From a virus (Duplodnaviria; Heunggongvirae; Uroviricota; Caudoviricetes), in the IMG/VR virus record IMGVR_UViG_2778261215_000003: a stretch of 10,711 nucleotides of DNA. The stretch is one strand, 5' to 3'. The notes under the pieces are model-generated. The model was not told where the DNA came from, made no database searches, and saw nothing but the letters and a program-made list of their open reading frames with translations. Shown piece by piece: positions 1 to 7,933 of the stretch. A program made the position numbers and the translations under genes. Position 1 is the stretch's first letter; every line of letters starts with the position of its first letter.

Positions 1-567
1 ATGCTTATTGGCTATGTACGCGTGTCAACAAATGACCAGAACACTGATTTGCAACGTAATGCACTGAACTGCGCGGGATGTGAGCGGATTTTTGAGGATA
101 AAATCAGTGGCACTAAGTCCGACAGACCAGGGCTGAAAAAACTGCTCAGGACACTATCGGCAGGAGACACGCTGGTTGTCTGGAAGCTGGACAGGTTGGG
201 GCGCAGTATGCGGCATCTTGTTACGCTGATAGAAGAGTTGCGTCAGCGAGGCGTGAATTTCCGAAGCCTGACTGACAGTATTGATACCAGCACCCCAATG
301 GGCCGTTTCTTTTTTCATGTCATGGGTGCCCTGGCTGAAATGGAACGCGAACTGATAGTTGAACGTACCAGGGCAGGGCTGGCTGCAGCTCGTGCCAAAG
401 GCAGAGTAGGTGGACGCCGTCCTAAGTTGACCACCGAACAGTGGGCACAGATTGGGCGTTTACTCGAGGCCGGAGAATCAAGACAGCGTATTGCACTAAT
501 TTTTGATGTGGGTGTTTCCACAATTTATAGAAAATTTCCGGCAAATAAGAGTAATGAATCCCCCTGA
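1..567 (+). CDS. Serine DNA invertase, Hin/Gin/Cin/Pin family
   Basis: 188-aa ORF with stop TGA at 565-567. N-terminus GYVRVSTNDQ carries the catalytic Ser at residue 10; conserved VVWKLDRLGRS and MGRFFFHVMGALAEMERELIVERT blocks; C-terminal helix-turn-helix (GVSTIYRKF). Close to Salmonella Hin and Mu Gin by recall. Confidence 0.9.
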   Translation: MLIGYVRVSTNDQNTDLQRNALNCAGCERIFEDKISGTKSDRPGLKKLLRTLSAGDTLVVWKLDRLGRSMRHLVTLIEELRQRGVNFRSLTDSIDTSTPMGRFFFHVMGALAEMERELIVERTRAGLAAARAKGRVGGRRPKLTTEQWAQIGRLLEAGESRQRIALIFDVGVSTIYRKFPANKSNESP

Positions 568-615
568 ATCAGCATTATTTTGATTATCCCTGCAAGTAGA
601 CAAATACCGTCATTT

Positions 616-633
616 TGTGTGAATAACGGCACA
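616..633 (+). promoter_or_regulatory. Candidate Ogr-dependent late promoter element (TGT-N12-ACA dyad) upstream of FI
   Basis: TGTGTGAATAACGGCACA: TGT at 616-618, 12-nt spacer, ACA at 631-633, about 85 nt upstream of the FI ATG. P2/186 late promoters carry such a dyad near -55 (established knowledge). No strong -35 nearby, as expected for activator-dependent promoters. Confidence 0.35.
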
Positions 634-709
634 ACTGCGCTTAGCTGTTTGTCAGGCACAATCACTTCAACATAGGGCGAAGCCTAATCCAATCAGGAGG
701 TTCGCCACT

Positions 710-1882
710 ATGGCTCAGGATTACCACCACGGGGTGCGCGTTGTTGAAGTCAACGAAGGCACCCGATCCATTACCACGGTGAGCACCGCCATCGTGGGCA
801 TGGTCTGCACGGGCGATGATGCCGATGCAAAAATGTTTCCTCTTAACAAACCTGTGCTGATCACTGATGTGCTGACTGCCAGCGGTAAAGCGGGTGAGTC
901 CGGCACGCTGGCCCGTTCGCTGGATGCCATCGCTGACCAGGCAAAACCCGTGACCGTTGTTGTGCGTGTGCCGCAGGGTGAAACGGAAGAAGAAACCACG
1001 ACCAATATCATCGGCGCAGTGACTGCTGAAGGTAAAAAAACAGGCATGAAAGCTCTGTTATCTGCCCAGTCACAGCTCGGCGTTAAACCGCGCATTCTCG
1101 GCGTGCCAGGCCACGATAACAAAGCCGTTGCGACTGAGTTGCTGAGCGTGGCGCAAAGCCTGCGTGGGTTTGCTTACCTGTCAGCGTATGGCTGCAAGAC
1201 GGTACAGGAGGCGATCACTTACCGTGAAAACTTCAGCCAGCGCGAAGGGATGCTGATCTGGCCTGACTTTACGGGCTGGGACACGGTGCTGAATGCCGAA
1301 GCAACGGCATATGCCACCGCCCGTGCGCTCGGTCTGCGCGCCAAAATTGATGAGCAGACCGGATGGCACAAAAGCCTGTCCAACGTGGGCGTGAACGGTG
1401 TCACCGGAATTTCTGCTGATGTGTTCTGGGATCTGCAGGACCCGGCAACCGATGCAGGTCTGCTTAACCAGAACGACGTTACCACGCTTATCCGCAAAGA
1501 CGGTTTCCGCTTCTGGGGTTCCCGCTGTCTGAGCGATGATCCGCTCTTTGCCTTCGAAAACTACACCCGAACCGCGCAGGTACTGACGGACACGATGGCA
1601 GAAGCGCACATGTGGGCGGTGGACAAACCGCTGAATCCGTCGCTGGCTCGCGACATTATCGAAGGTATCCGCGCCAAAATGCGCAGCCTGGTCAGTCAGG
1701 GGTATCTCATTGGTGGTGATTGCTGGCTGGACGAGTCGGTGAACGACAAAGACACTCTGAAAGCCGGGAAACTCACGATCGACTACGACTACACGCCAGT
1801 GCCGCCACTTGAAAACCTGATGCTGCGTCAGCGCATCACCGATCAGTACCTGGTGAATTTTGCCAGCCAGGTCAGCGCGTAA
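710..1882 (+). CDS. FI: Contractile tail sheath protein (P2 gpFI-like)
   Basis: 390-aa ORF with AGGAGG at 695-700, 9 nt before the ATG. N-terminus [19 protein letters not shown] and C-terminal [23 protein letters not shown] match the P2 FI sheath protein by recall; size matches. Confidence 0.93.
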   Translation: MAQDYHHGVRVVEVNEGTRSITTVSTAIVGMVCTGDDADAKMFPLNKPVLITDVLTASGKAGESGTLARSLDAIADQAKPVTVVVRVPQGETEEETTTNIIGAVTAEGKKTGMKALLSAQSQLGVKPRILGVPGHDNKAVATELLSVAQSLRGFAYLSAYGCKTVQEAITYRENFSQREGMLIWPDFTGWDTVLNAEATAYATARALGLRAKIDEQTGWHKSLSNVGVNGVTGISADVFWDLQDPATDAGLLNQNDVTTLIRKDGFRFWGSRCLSDDPLFAFENYTRTAQVLTDTMAEAHMWAVDKPLNPSLARDIIEGIRAKMRSLVSQGYLIGGDCWLDESVNDKDTLKAGKLTIDYDYTPVPPLENLMLRQRITDQYLVNFASQVSA

Positions 1883-1891
1883 GGGGACAAC

Positions 1892-2407
1892 ATGGCTTTA
1901 CCACGCAAATTAAAACATCTGAACCTGTTTAACGACGGGAACAACTGGCAGGGGATCGTTGAGTCGCTGACGCTGCCGAAATTCACCCGCAAATATGAGA
2001 AGTATCGCGGCGGCGGAATGCCGGGTGCAGTGGATGTGGATCTGGGGCTTGATGACAGTGCGCTGGACACAGAATTTTCCATTGGTGGTACTGAACTGCT
2101 GCTGTTTAAACAGATGGGCAAAGCCACGGTGGATGGCATCCAGTTGCGCTTCACCGGCTCTATCCAGCGTGACGATACCGGAGAAGTGCAGGCCGTGGAG
2201 CTTGTGGTGCGTGGACGTCACAAAGAAGTGGATTCCGGCGAGTGGAAGACGGGTGAAAGCAACACCACCAAAGTGACCAGTACCAACAGCTACGCGAAGC
2301 TGACTATCAATGGTGAGGTGCTCTATGAAGTGGACCTTATCAACATGGTGGAAATTGTGGACGGTGTGGACCTGATGGAAGCGCACCGCAACGCCCTCGG
2401 CCTCTGA
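1892..2407 (+). CDS. FII: Tail tube protein (P2 gpFII-like)
   Basis: 171-aa ORF starting 9 nt after the FI stop, with an AAGGGGA ribosome-binding site. Sequence MALPRKLKHLNLFNDGNNWQG matches P2 FII by recall; position and size fit. Confidence 0.92.
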   Translation: MALPRKLKHLNLFNDGNNWQGIVESLTLPKFTRKYEKYRGGGMPGAVDVDLGLDDSALDTEFSIGGTELLLFKQMGKATVDGIQLRFTGSIQRDDTGEVQAVELVVRGRHKEVDSGEWKTGESNTTKVTSTNSYAKLTINGEVLYEVDLINMVEIVDGVDLMEAHRNALGL

Positions 2408-2418
2408 TGTATCTGAAC

Positions 2419-2436
2419 GGCGCGGAATGCCGCGCC
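2419..2436 (+). other. GC-rich stem-loop in the FII-E intergenic region
   Basis: GGCGCGG (2419-2425) pairs perfectly with CCGCGCC (2430-2436) around a 4-nt loop AATG. No U-run follows, so it is not a canonical intrinsic terminator; it may be an mRNA stability or attenuation element. Confidence 0.3.
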
Positions 2437-2461
2437 AGAACCCAATTTACAGGACAGCAAA

Positions 2462-2764
2462 ATGAGCGATAAGCAGACTGAAAAGACTATTCAACTGGAT
2501 ACTCCCATCAAGCGCGGAAAAACGGAAATCACCGAAATTATGCTGCGTAAACCGCAGTCCGGTGCGCTGCGCGGTACACGCCTGCAGGCCATTATGGATA
2601 TGGATGTGAACGCGATGATGACCGTGATCCCCCGCATCTCCAGCCCGGCACTGACTGCACAGGAAATTGCAGAGATGGACCCGGCAGATCTCACCGCCAT
2701 GTCGGTTGAGGTTGTCACTTTTTTGTTGAAGAAGTCGGTGCTTGCCGGTTTACCGACAGCCTGA
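2462..2764 (+). CDS. E: Tail assembly chaperone (P2 gpE-like)
   Basis: 100-aa ORF between the tail tube and tape measure genes, the conserved position of the tail chaperone; contains the slippery heptamer near its 3' end. Confidence 0.85.
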   Translation: MSDKQTEKTIQLDTPIKRGKTEITEIMLRKPQSGALRGTRLQAIMDMDVNAMMTVIPRISSPALTAQEIAEMDPADLTAMSVEVVTFLLKKSVLAGLPTA

Positions 2765-2898
2765 CGGTTGACGATCTGGTGGCAGATATCGCCACCATTT
2801 TTCACTGGCCGCCATCCGTTACTGACGTTATGCCGCTGACCGAAGTGCTGGAATGGCGGTATAAAGCGATTCAGAGAAGCGGGGCCAACGATGAGTGA
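2462..2898 (+). CDS. E+E': Tail assembly chaperone frameshift product gpE+E' (programmed -1 frameshift at 2719-2725)
   Basis: After the T6G slippery run, the -1 frame is open for 57 sense codons from 2725 to TGA at 2896-2898, overlapping the T start at 2891. Predicted fusion about 145 aa. This mirrors the conserved G/GT and E/E' arrangement of long-tailed phages. Confidence 0.75.
2719..2725 (+). other. Slippery heptamer T TTT TTG (translational recoding site)
   Basis: TTTTTTG read in the E frame as A-CT TTT TTG; it is the same heptamer used by P2 E/E' by recall. Confidence 0.75.
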
Positions 2899-5800
2899 TA
2901 ATAACCTGCGCCTGCAGGTCATTCTTAATGCGGTTGACAAACTCACCCGCCCATTCCGTGCTGCACAGGCCAGTTCGAAAGAGCTGGCTGGCGCAATCAG
3001 AAACTCCCGTGACGCATTAAAGCAACTCAATCAGGCGGGTAACAGCCTGGAAAAATTTCGCAAGCTGCAGGCCGATAACAAGAAGTTAGGCGACAGGCTG
3101 AACTATGCCAGACAGAAGGCTAATTTGCTTAGCTCTGAGCTGGAGTCGATGGAACAACCATCACAACGGCACCTTGTGGCTTTAGGTCGGCAAACGCTGG
3201 CAGTCCAACGCCTGGAAGAACAACAAAAATATTTGCAGAAGCAAACGGCGCTTGTGCGTGCAGAACTGTACCGGGCGGGAATTTCTGCGAAAGATGATGC
3301 GGGAGCAACTGCCCGTTTAGCCCGTGAAACATCACGTTATAACCAGGAACTGTCGAAACAGGAGGCGCGGCTGAAGCGACTGGGGGAAGCTCAGCGCAGG
3401 ATGAATGCGGCGCGTGCCAGTTATGCCCGTTCACTGGAAGTGCGTGATCGTATTGCAGGTGCCGGAGCCACCACCACGGCTGCAGGGCTGGCAATGGGGA
3501 CGCCAGTGATGGCGGCAGTAAAAAGCTATACCAGCATGGAAGATGCCATGAAAGGTGTGGCAAAGCAGGTCAATGGTCTGCGTGACGATAATGGCAACCG
3601 TACTGCACGTTTTTATGAAATGCAGGATGCCATCAAAGCTGCCAGCGAACAGTTTCCGATGGAAAACGGTGCGGTGGACTTCGCTGCACTGGTTGAAGGT
3701 GGTGCGCGTATGAACGTTGCAAACCCTGACGACAGCTGGGAAGACCAGAAACGTGACCTGCTGGCCTTCGCCAGCACGGCGGCAAAGGCGGCAACAGCCT
3801 TTGAGCTGCCAGCGGATGAACTGTCAGAAAGTCTGGGGAAAATCGCCCAGCTCTACAAAATACCTACCCGCAATATTGAACATCTCGGTGACGCGCTGAA
3901 CTATCTGGATGATAACGCCATGTCGAAAGGGGCGGACATCATTGATGTCATGCAACGCCTGGGCGGTGTGGCTGACCGTCTGGATTATCGTAAAGCGGCG
4001 GCGCTGGGTTCCACCTTCCTGACACTGGGTGCTGCGCCGGAGGTTGCAGCCAGTGCAGCAAACGCGATGGTGCGTGAATTGTCCATTGCCACCATGCAAA
4101 GCAAGAGTTTCTTTGAAGGGATGAATCTGCTGAAACTCAATCCTGAAGTGATTGAAAAGCAGATGACGAAGGATGCTATGGGAACCATCCAGCGTGTGCT
4201 GGAGAAGGTGAATGCACTGCCGCAGGATAAGCGCCTGTCTGCCATGACCATGTTGTTTGGTAAAGAGTTTGGCGATGACGCAGCGAAACTGGCAAACAAC
4301 CTGCCGGAACTGCAGCGCCAGTTAAAACTGACAGCGGGCAATGATGCGCTCGGCTCCATGCAGAAAGAATCCGACATTAACAAGGATTCACTTTCTGCGC
4401 AGTGGTTGCTGGTCAAAACCACTGCACAGAATACCTTCAGCAGCCTGGGCGAAACGCTGCGCCAGCCGCTGATGGATATTCTGTACACGGTGAAAAGCGT
4501 TACGGGAGCGTTGCGTCGCTGGGTGGAAGCTAACCCGGAACTGACGGGCACACTGATGAAAGTAGCCGCTATTGTGGCTGCGGTTACCGTAGGCCTCGGC
4601 ACCTTGGCTGTGGCGCTGGCTGCAGTGCTGGGGCCGCTGGCAGTGATCCGTCTGGGGTTCTCTGTGCTGGGTATCAAAACGTTACCTTCCGTTACGGCAG
4701 CAGTAACACGAACCAGCAGCGTGTTGTCCTGGCTGGCTGGCGCACCACTGGCACTGCTGCGACGCGGGCTTGCTTCATCGGGCAACGCAGCGGGTTTACT
4801 TACTGCGCCGTTGTCGTCTTTGCGTCGCACGGCATCACTGACGGGAAATGTCCTGAAAACTGTAGCTGGTGCGCCGGTTGCACTGTTCCGGTCTGGATTA
4901 TCCGGTTTACGTGCTGTTGCTGTGATGTTTATGAATCCACTGGCAGCACTACGCGGCGGGCTGGCTGCCGCAGGCGCGGTGCTGCGAGTGCTGGCATCCG
5001 GCCCGCTGGCGATGCTGCGCGTTGCTCTGTATGCCATATCTGGTCTGTTAGGTGCTCTGCTCAGTCCGATAGGTCTTGTGGTTACTGCACTGGCAGGCGT
5101 GGCGCTGGTTGTCTGGAAATACTGGCAACCCATCACCGCATTTCTCGGTGGCGTGGTGGAGGGATTCAAAGCGGCGGCAGGTCCCATCAGTGCTGCATTC
5201 GAACCACTTAAGCCTGTGTTCCAGTGGATTGGCGACAAAGTGCAGGCGTTGTGGGGCTGGTTTACTGATCTGCTGACGCCCGTTAAGTCGACCTCTGCTG
5301 AACTGCAGAGCGCAGCGGCAATGGGGCGACGATTCGGGGAGGCACTGGCGGAAGGGCTGAATATGGTTATGCATCCGCTGGACTCCCTGAAATCTGGCGT
5401 TTCCTGGTTGCTGGATAAACTCGGCATTGTCAGTAAAGAGGCTGCAAAGGCGAAACTGCCGGAAAGCGTGACGCGTCAGCAACCTGCGACGGTGAATGCA
5501 GACGGTAAAGTGATGATGCCATCGGGTGGTTTTCCGTCATGGGGATATGGCTTTGCGGGGATGTATGACAGCGGCGGCTATATCCCGCGCGGGCAGTTTG
5601 GCATCGTCGGTGAAAACGGGCCGGAAATTGTTAACGGCCCGGCAAATGTGACCAGCCGGAGAAATACAGCTGCACTGGCTGCCGTTGTTGCCGGAATGAT
5701 GGGCGTTGCTGCCGCGCCTGCAGAGCTTCCACCGTTGCACCCTTTGGCACTTCCCGCGAAAGGCGGCGAAGCGATGGTGAGTCGTGCAGCCACTGTGCCG

Positions 5801-5968
5801 CCCGTTCAACGGATTGAGGCACCGATGCAGATCATCATTCAGACGCAGCCAGGACAAAGTGCGCAGGATATTGCGCGGGAGGTGGCCCGCCAGCTTGATG
5901 AACGTGAACGCAGGCTGAAGGCAAAAGCCAGGAGTAACTACAGCGATCAGGGGGGATACGACGCATGA
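2891..5968 (+). CDS. T: Tail tape measure protein (P2 gpT-like)
   Basis: 1025-aa ORF. N-terminal part is coiled-coil-like (Q/R/K/E/L-rich), the centre is a hydrophobic Ala/Leu/Gly/Val-rich repeat block, and the C-terminal region carries GIVGENGPEIV, a motif typical of tape measures. Start ATG 2891 overlaps the E' stop. Confidence 0.92.
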   Translation: MSDNNLRLQVILNAVDKLTRPFRAAQASSKELAGAIRNSRDALKQLNQAGNSLEKFRKLQADNKKLGDRLNYARQKANLLSSELESMEQPSQRHLVALGRQTLAVQRLEEQQKYLQKQTALVRAELYRAGISAKDDAGATARLARETSRYNQELSKQEARLKRLGEAQRRMNAARASYARSLEVRDRIAGAGATTTAAGLAMGTPVMAAVKSYTSMEDAMKGVAKQVNGLRDDNGNRTARFYEMQDAIKAASEQFPMENGAVDFAALVEGGARMNVANPDDSWEDQKRDLLAFASTAAKAATAFELPADELSESLGKIAQLYKIPTRNIEHLGDALNYLDDNAMSKGADIIDVMQRLGGVADRLDYRKAAALGSTFLTLGAAPEVAASAANAMVRELSIATMQSKSFFEGMNLLKLNPEVIEKQMTKDAMGTIQRVLEKVNALPQDKRLSAMTMLFGKEFGDDAAKLANNLPELQRQLKLTAGNDALGSMQKESDINKDSLSAQWLLVKTTAQNTFSSLGETLRQPLMDILYTVKSVTGALRRWVEANPELTGTLMKVAAIVAAVTVGLGTLAVALAAVLGPLAVIRLGFSVLGIKTLPSVTAAVTRTSSVLSWLAGAPLALLRRGLASSGNAAGLLTAPLSSLRRTASLTGNVLKTVAGAPVALFRSGLSGLRAVAVMFMNPLAALRGGLAAAGAVLRVLASGPLAMLRVALYAISGLLGALLSPIGLVVTALAGVALVVWKYWQPITAFLGGVVEGFKAAAGPISAAFEPLKPVFQWIGDKVQALWGWFTDLLTPVKSTSAELQSAAAMGRRFGEALAEGLNMVMHPLDSLKSGVSWLLDKLGIVSKEAAKAKLPESVTRQQPATVNADGKVMMPSGGFPSWGYGFAGMYDSGGYIPRGQFGIVGENGPEIVNGPANVTSRRNTAALAAVVAGMMGVAAAPAELPPLHPLALPAKGGEAMVSRAATVPPVQRIEAPMQIIIQTQPGQSAQDIAREVARQLDERERRLKAKARSNYSDQGGYDA
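4741..5030 (+). repeat. Degenerate tandem repeat (5 copies, 63-66 nt / about 21 aa period) inside T
   Basis: Repeat units begin near 4745, 4808, 4874, 4937 and 5003 (CCACTGGCACTGCTGCGACGCGGGCTT and variants), encoding PLALLRRGL / PLSSLRRTA / PVALFRSGL / PLAALRGGL / PLAMLRVAL. Confidence 0.7.
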
Positions 5969-6450
5969 TGATGGTGTTGGGATTGTACGTGTTTATGCTG
6001 CGCACCGTGCCGTATCAGGAGCTGCAGTATCAACGCAGCTGGCGACATGCGGCAAACAGCCGGGTAAACCGACGTCCGTCCACGCAGTTTCTGGGACCGG
6101 ACAACGACATGCTGACGCTTTCCGGTGTTCTTATGCCGGAGATAACAGGTGGCAGGCTGTCGTTGCTGGTACTGGAGCAGATGGCAGAACAGGGGAAAGC
6201 ATGGCCCCTGATTGAAGGCAGCGGCACGATTTATGGCATGTATGTGATTGAGGGACTGAATCAGACTAAAACGGAGTTTTTCCGCGACGGTATGCCGCGC
6301 CGGATTGAGTTCACCCTGTCGCTCAAACGGGTGGATGAATCCCTGTCCGATATGTTCGGTGATCTCAGTGCGCAACTGAATAATCTGCAGGACACGGCAA
6401 CGTCTGCCTTAAGCGATATCAGTAAAACGGTGGGAGGGCTGCTGTCGTGA
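5965..6450 (+). CDS. U: Tail protein (P2 gpU-like)
   Basis: 161-aa ORF; ATG at 5965 overlaps the T stop (TGA 5966-5968); GGGGGA ribosome-binding site at 5951-5956; position and size fit P2 U. Confidence 0.88.
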   Translation: MMMVLGLYVFMLRTVPYQELQYQRSWRHAANSRVNRRPSTQFLGPDNDMLTLSGVLMPEITGGRLSLLVLEQMAEQGKAWPLIEGSGTIYGMYVIEGLNQTKTEFFRDGMPRRIEFTLSLKRVDESLSDMFGDLSAQLNNLQDTATSALSDISKTVGGLLS

Positions 6451-7547
6451 ATTTCAGCTCTGAACTGCTTAACAAAGGCAACAAAACTCCGGCATTCAGC
6501 ATCAGTATTGAGGGCAGGGATATCACCACTGTGCTGGATAACCGCCTGATGAGTCTGACGCTGACGGACAATCGGGGCTTTGAAGCGGACCAGCTTGATC
6601 TGGAGCTGGACGACGCCGATGGAAAAATAGCGCTGCCGCGCCGTGGTGCGGTCATTACGCTGGCGCTGGGCTGGAAGGGGCAGCCGCTTTTCCCGAAAGG
6701 GGCATTCACGGTGGATGAAATTGAACACACTGGCGCACCGGACCGCCTGACTATCCGGGCGCGAAGTGCTGATTTTCGGGAAACGCTGAATACCCGCCGT
6801 GAAAAGTCGTGGCACAAGACCACCGTTGGGGAAGTGGTAAAGGAAATAGCTGCGCGGCACAAACTGAAGATGGCACTGGGTAAAGACCTGTCTGATAAAC
6901 CCGTGGAGCATATAGACCAGACTAATGAGAGTGACGGCAGTTTTCTGATGCGGCTGGCGCGACAGTACGGTGCTATTGCGTCGGTGAAAAATGGCAATCT
7001 GTTATTCATCCGGCAGGGACAGGGTAAAAGCGCCAGCGGTAAACCACTACCGGTGATCACTATCACACGTAAGGACGGCGACAGTCACCGCTTTACCCTG
7101 GCGGATCGCGGAGCTTACACGGGTGTAATTGCCAGCTGGTTGCATACCCGCGAACCCGCGAAGAAAGAAAGCACCACGGTGAAGCGTAAGCGCAGGACTA
7201 AGAAGCAGAAGAAAGAGCCGGAAGCGAAGCAGGGCGATTACCTGGTGGGTACGGATGAAAACGTGCTGGTACTTAATCGCACTTATGCCAACCGGAGCAA
7301 CGCCGAACGAGCGGCGAAAATGCAGTGGGAACGCCTGCAACGCGGAGTTGCGTCATTCTCGCTACAACTGGCGGAAGGGCGGGCAGATCTCTACACGGAA
7401 ATGCCAGTGAAAGTCAGTGGCTTTAAACAGCCGATAGATGATGCGGAATGGACCATTACGACTCTGACGCATACCGTCAGCCCGGATAACGGTTTTACGA
7501 CCAGTCTGGAGCTTGAAGTGAGGATTGATGATTTCGAAATGGAATGA
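6447..7547 (+). CDS. D: Tail protein D (P2 gpD-like, late gene D)
   Basis: 366-aa ORF with a GTG start at 6447 overlapping the U stop (GTGA); position immediately before ogr and size match P2 D. Contains a Lys/Arg-rich low-complexity segment (aa 237-262, nt about 7155-7232). Confidence 0.88.
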   Translation: MNFSSELLNKGNKTPAFSISIEGRDITTVLDNRLMSLTLTDNRGFEADQLDLELDDADGKIALPRRGAVITLALGWKGQPLFPKGAFTVDEIEHTGAPDRLTIRARSADFRETLNTRREKSWHKTTVGEVVKEIAARHKLKMALGKDLSDKPVEHIDQTNESDGSFLMRLARQYGAIASVKNGNLLFIRQGQGKSASGKPLPVITITRKDGDSHRFTLADRGAYTGVIASWLHTREPAKKESTTVKRKRRTKKQKKEPEAKQGDYLVGTDENVLVLNRTYANRSNAERAAKMQWERLQRGVASFSLQLAEGRADLYTEMPVKVSGFKQPIDDAEWTITTLTHTVSPDNGFTTSLELEVRIDDFEME

Positions 7548-7573
7548 TTCTTCGCAATGGAGAACTTTTAAGT

Positions 7574-7600
7574 TTGCAAAATGGAATAATGCGGTATCAT
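7574..7600 (+). promoter_or_regulatory. Candidate sigma70-type promoter for ogr
   Basis: TTGCAA (7574-7579) and TATCAT (7595-7600) separated by a 15-nt spacer, about 40 nt upstream of the ogr ATG. The spacer is shorter than optimal, so this is weak. Confidence 0.25.
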
Positions 7601-7637
7601 TATTGTGAATTTAGCAAAAATGGGGAGAACTCGAAAA

Positions 7638-7856
7638 ATGATGATTTGCCCACTGTGTGGAAGTGCCGCCCATACTCGCAGCAGTTTTCAGGTATCTTCA
7701 TTGACCAAAGAGCGTTACAACCAGTGCCAGAACATTAACTGCAGCCATACTTTTGTTACCCATGAAACTTTTGTTCGTTCGATTGCAACGCCAAAAGAGT
7801 CAAATCCGGTTCAGCCGCATCCAATGAAATCAGGACAGGTGGCGCTCTCTCTTTGA
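7638..7856 (+). CDS. ogr: Ogr/Delta-family zinc-finger late transcription activator
   Basis: 72 aa from ATG 7638, with GGGGAGA ribosome-binding site at 7622-7628. Cys4 arrangement CPLC...CQNINC and the central KERYNQCQNINCSHTF block match P2 Ogr (72 aa) by recall. The upstream ATG at 7605 lacks a ribosome-binding site and would add a non-conserved extension. Confidence 0.9.
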   Translation: MMICPLCGSAAHTRSSFQVSSLTKERYNQCQNINCSHTFVTHETFVRSIATPKESNPVQPHPMKSGQVALSL

Positions 7857-7933
7857 CGCTGCCGCCATTTTGTCGCCATCGTTAAAAAACAGTGCTTCTA
7901 ACATCATGATTTTAAAAGGCATAAATTTCAGGC

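Larger units (their letters stand above)
1..7933. mobile_element. P2-like prophage, right/late arm (partial; continues upstream of the window; right boundary approximate)
   Basis: Gene order FI-FII-E/E'-T-U-D-ogr on one strand matches the P2 tail module and is followed directly by E. coli core genes. The exact right end is not determinable without a host reference; it lies somewhere in 7857-8091. Confidence 0.85.

Noticed and set aside
576-592. Sequence TTATTTTGATTATCC resembling a hix/gix recombination half-site just downstream of the invertase
   Set aside because: It is only a partial match to one half-site with no inverted partner within the window, and crossover sites are expected upstream of the invertase; probably chance in AT-rich DNA.
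721-2386. Minus-strand ORFs of 92-158 aa inside FI and FII, and the + strand 93-aa ORF at 1995-2276
   Set aside because: All are fully embedded in conserved tail sheath or tube coding sequence in other frames; no independent support.
3985-5427. 480-aa ORF on the minus strand inside the tape measure gene
   Set aside because: Antisense to a GC-rich gene with a low-complexity Ala/Ser/Pro/Arg-rich translation, no ribosome-binding site and no recognisable domain; typical antisense artefact.
6261-7066. Two overlapping minus-strand ORFs of about 215 aa inside gene D
   Set aside because: Antisense to a well-supported phage gene, with Arg/Ser-rich low-complexity translations and no start context.
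7544-7738. 64-aa + strand ORF overlapping the ogr start, and the upstream in-frame ATG at 7605
   Set aside because: The conserved Ogr protein begins at MMICPLCG (7638), which has a good ribosome-binding site; the other ORF is out of frame and the 7605 extension is not conserved.
7857-7875. GCCGCCATTTT immediately after the ogr stop as a possible terminator
   Set aside because: No complementary partner for a stable stem could be found upstream, so it is not a convincing intrinsic terminator.
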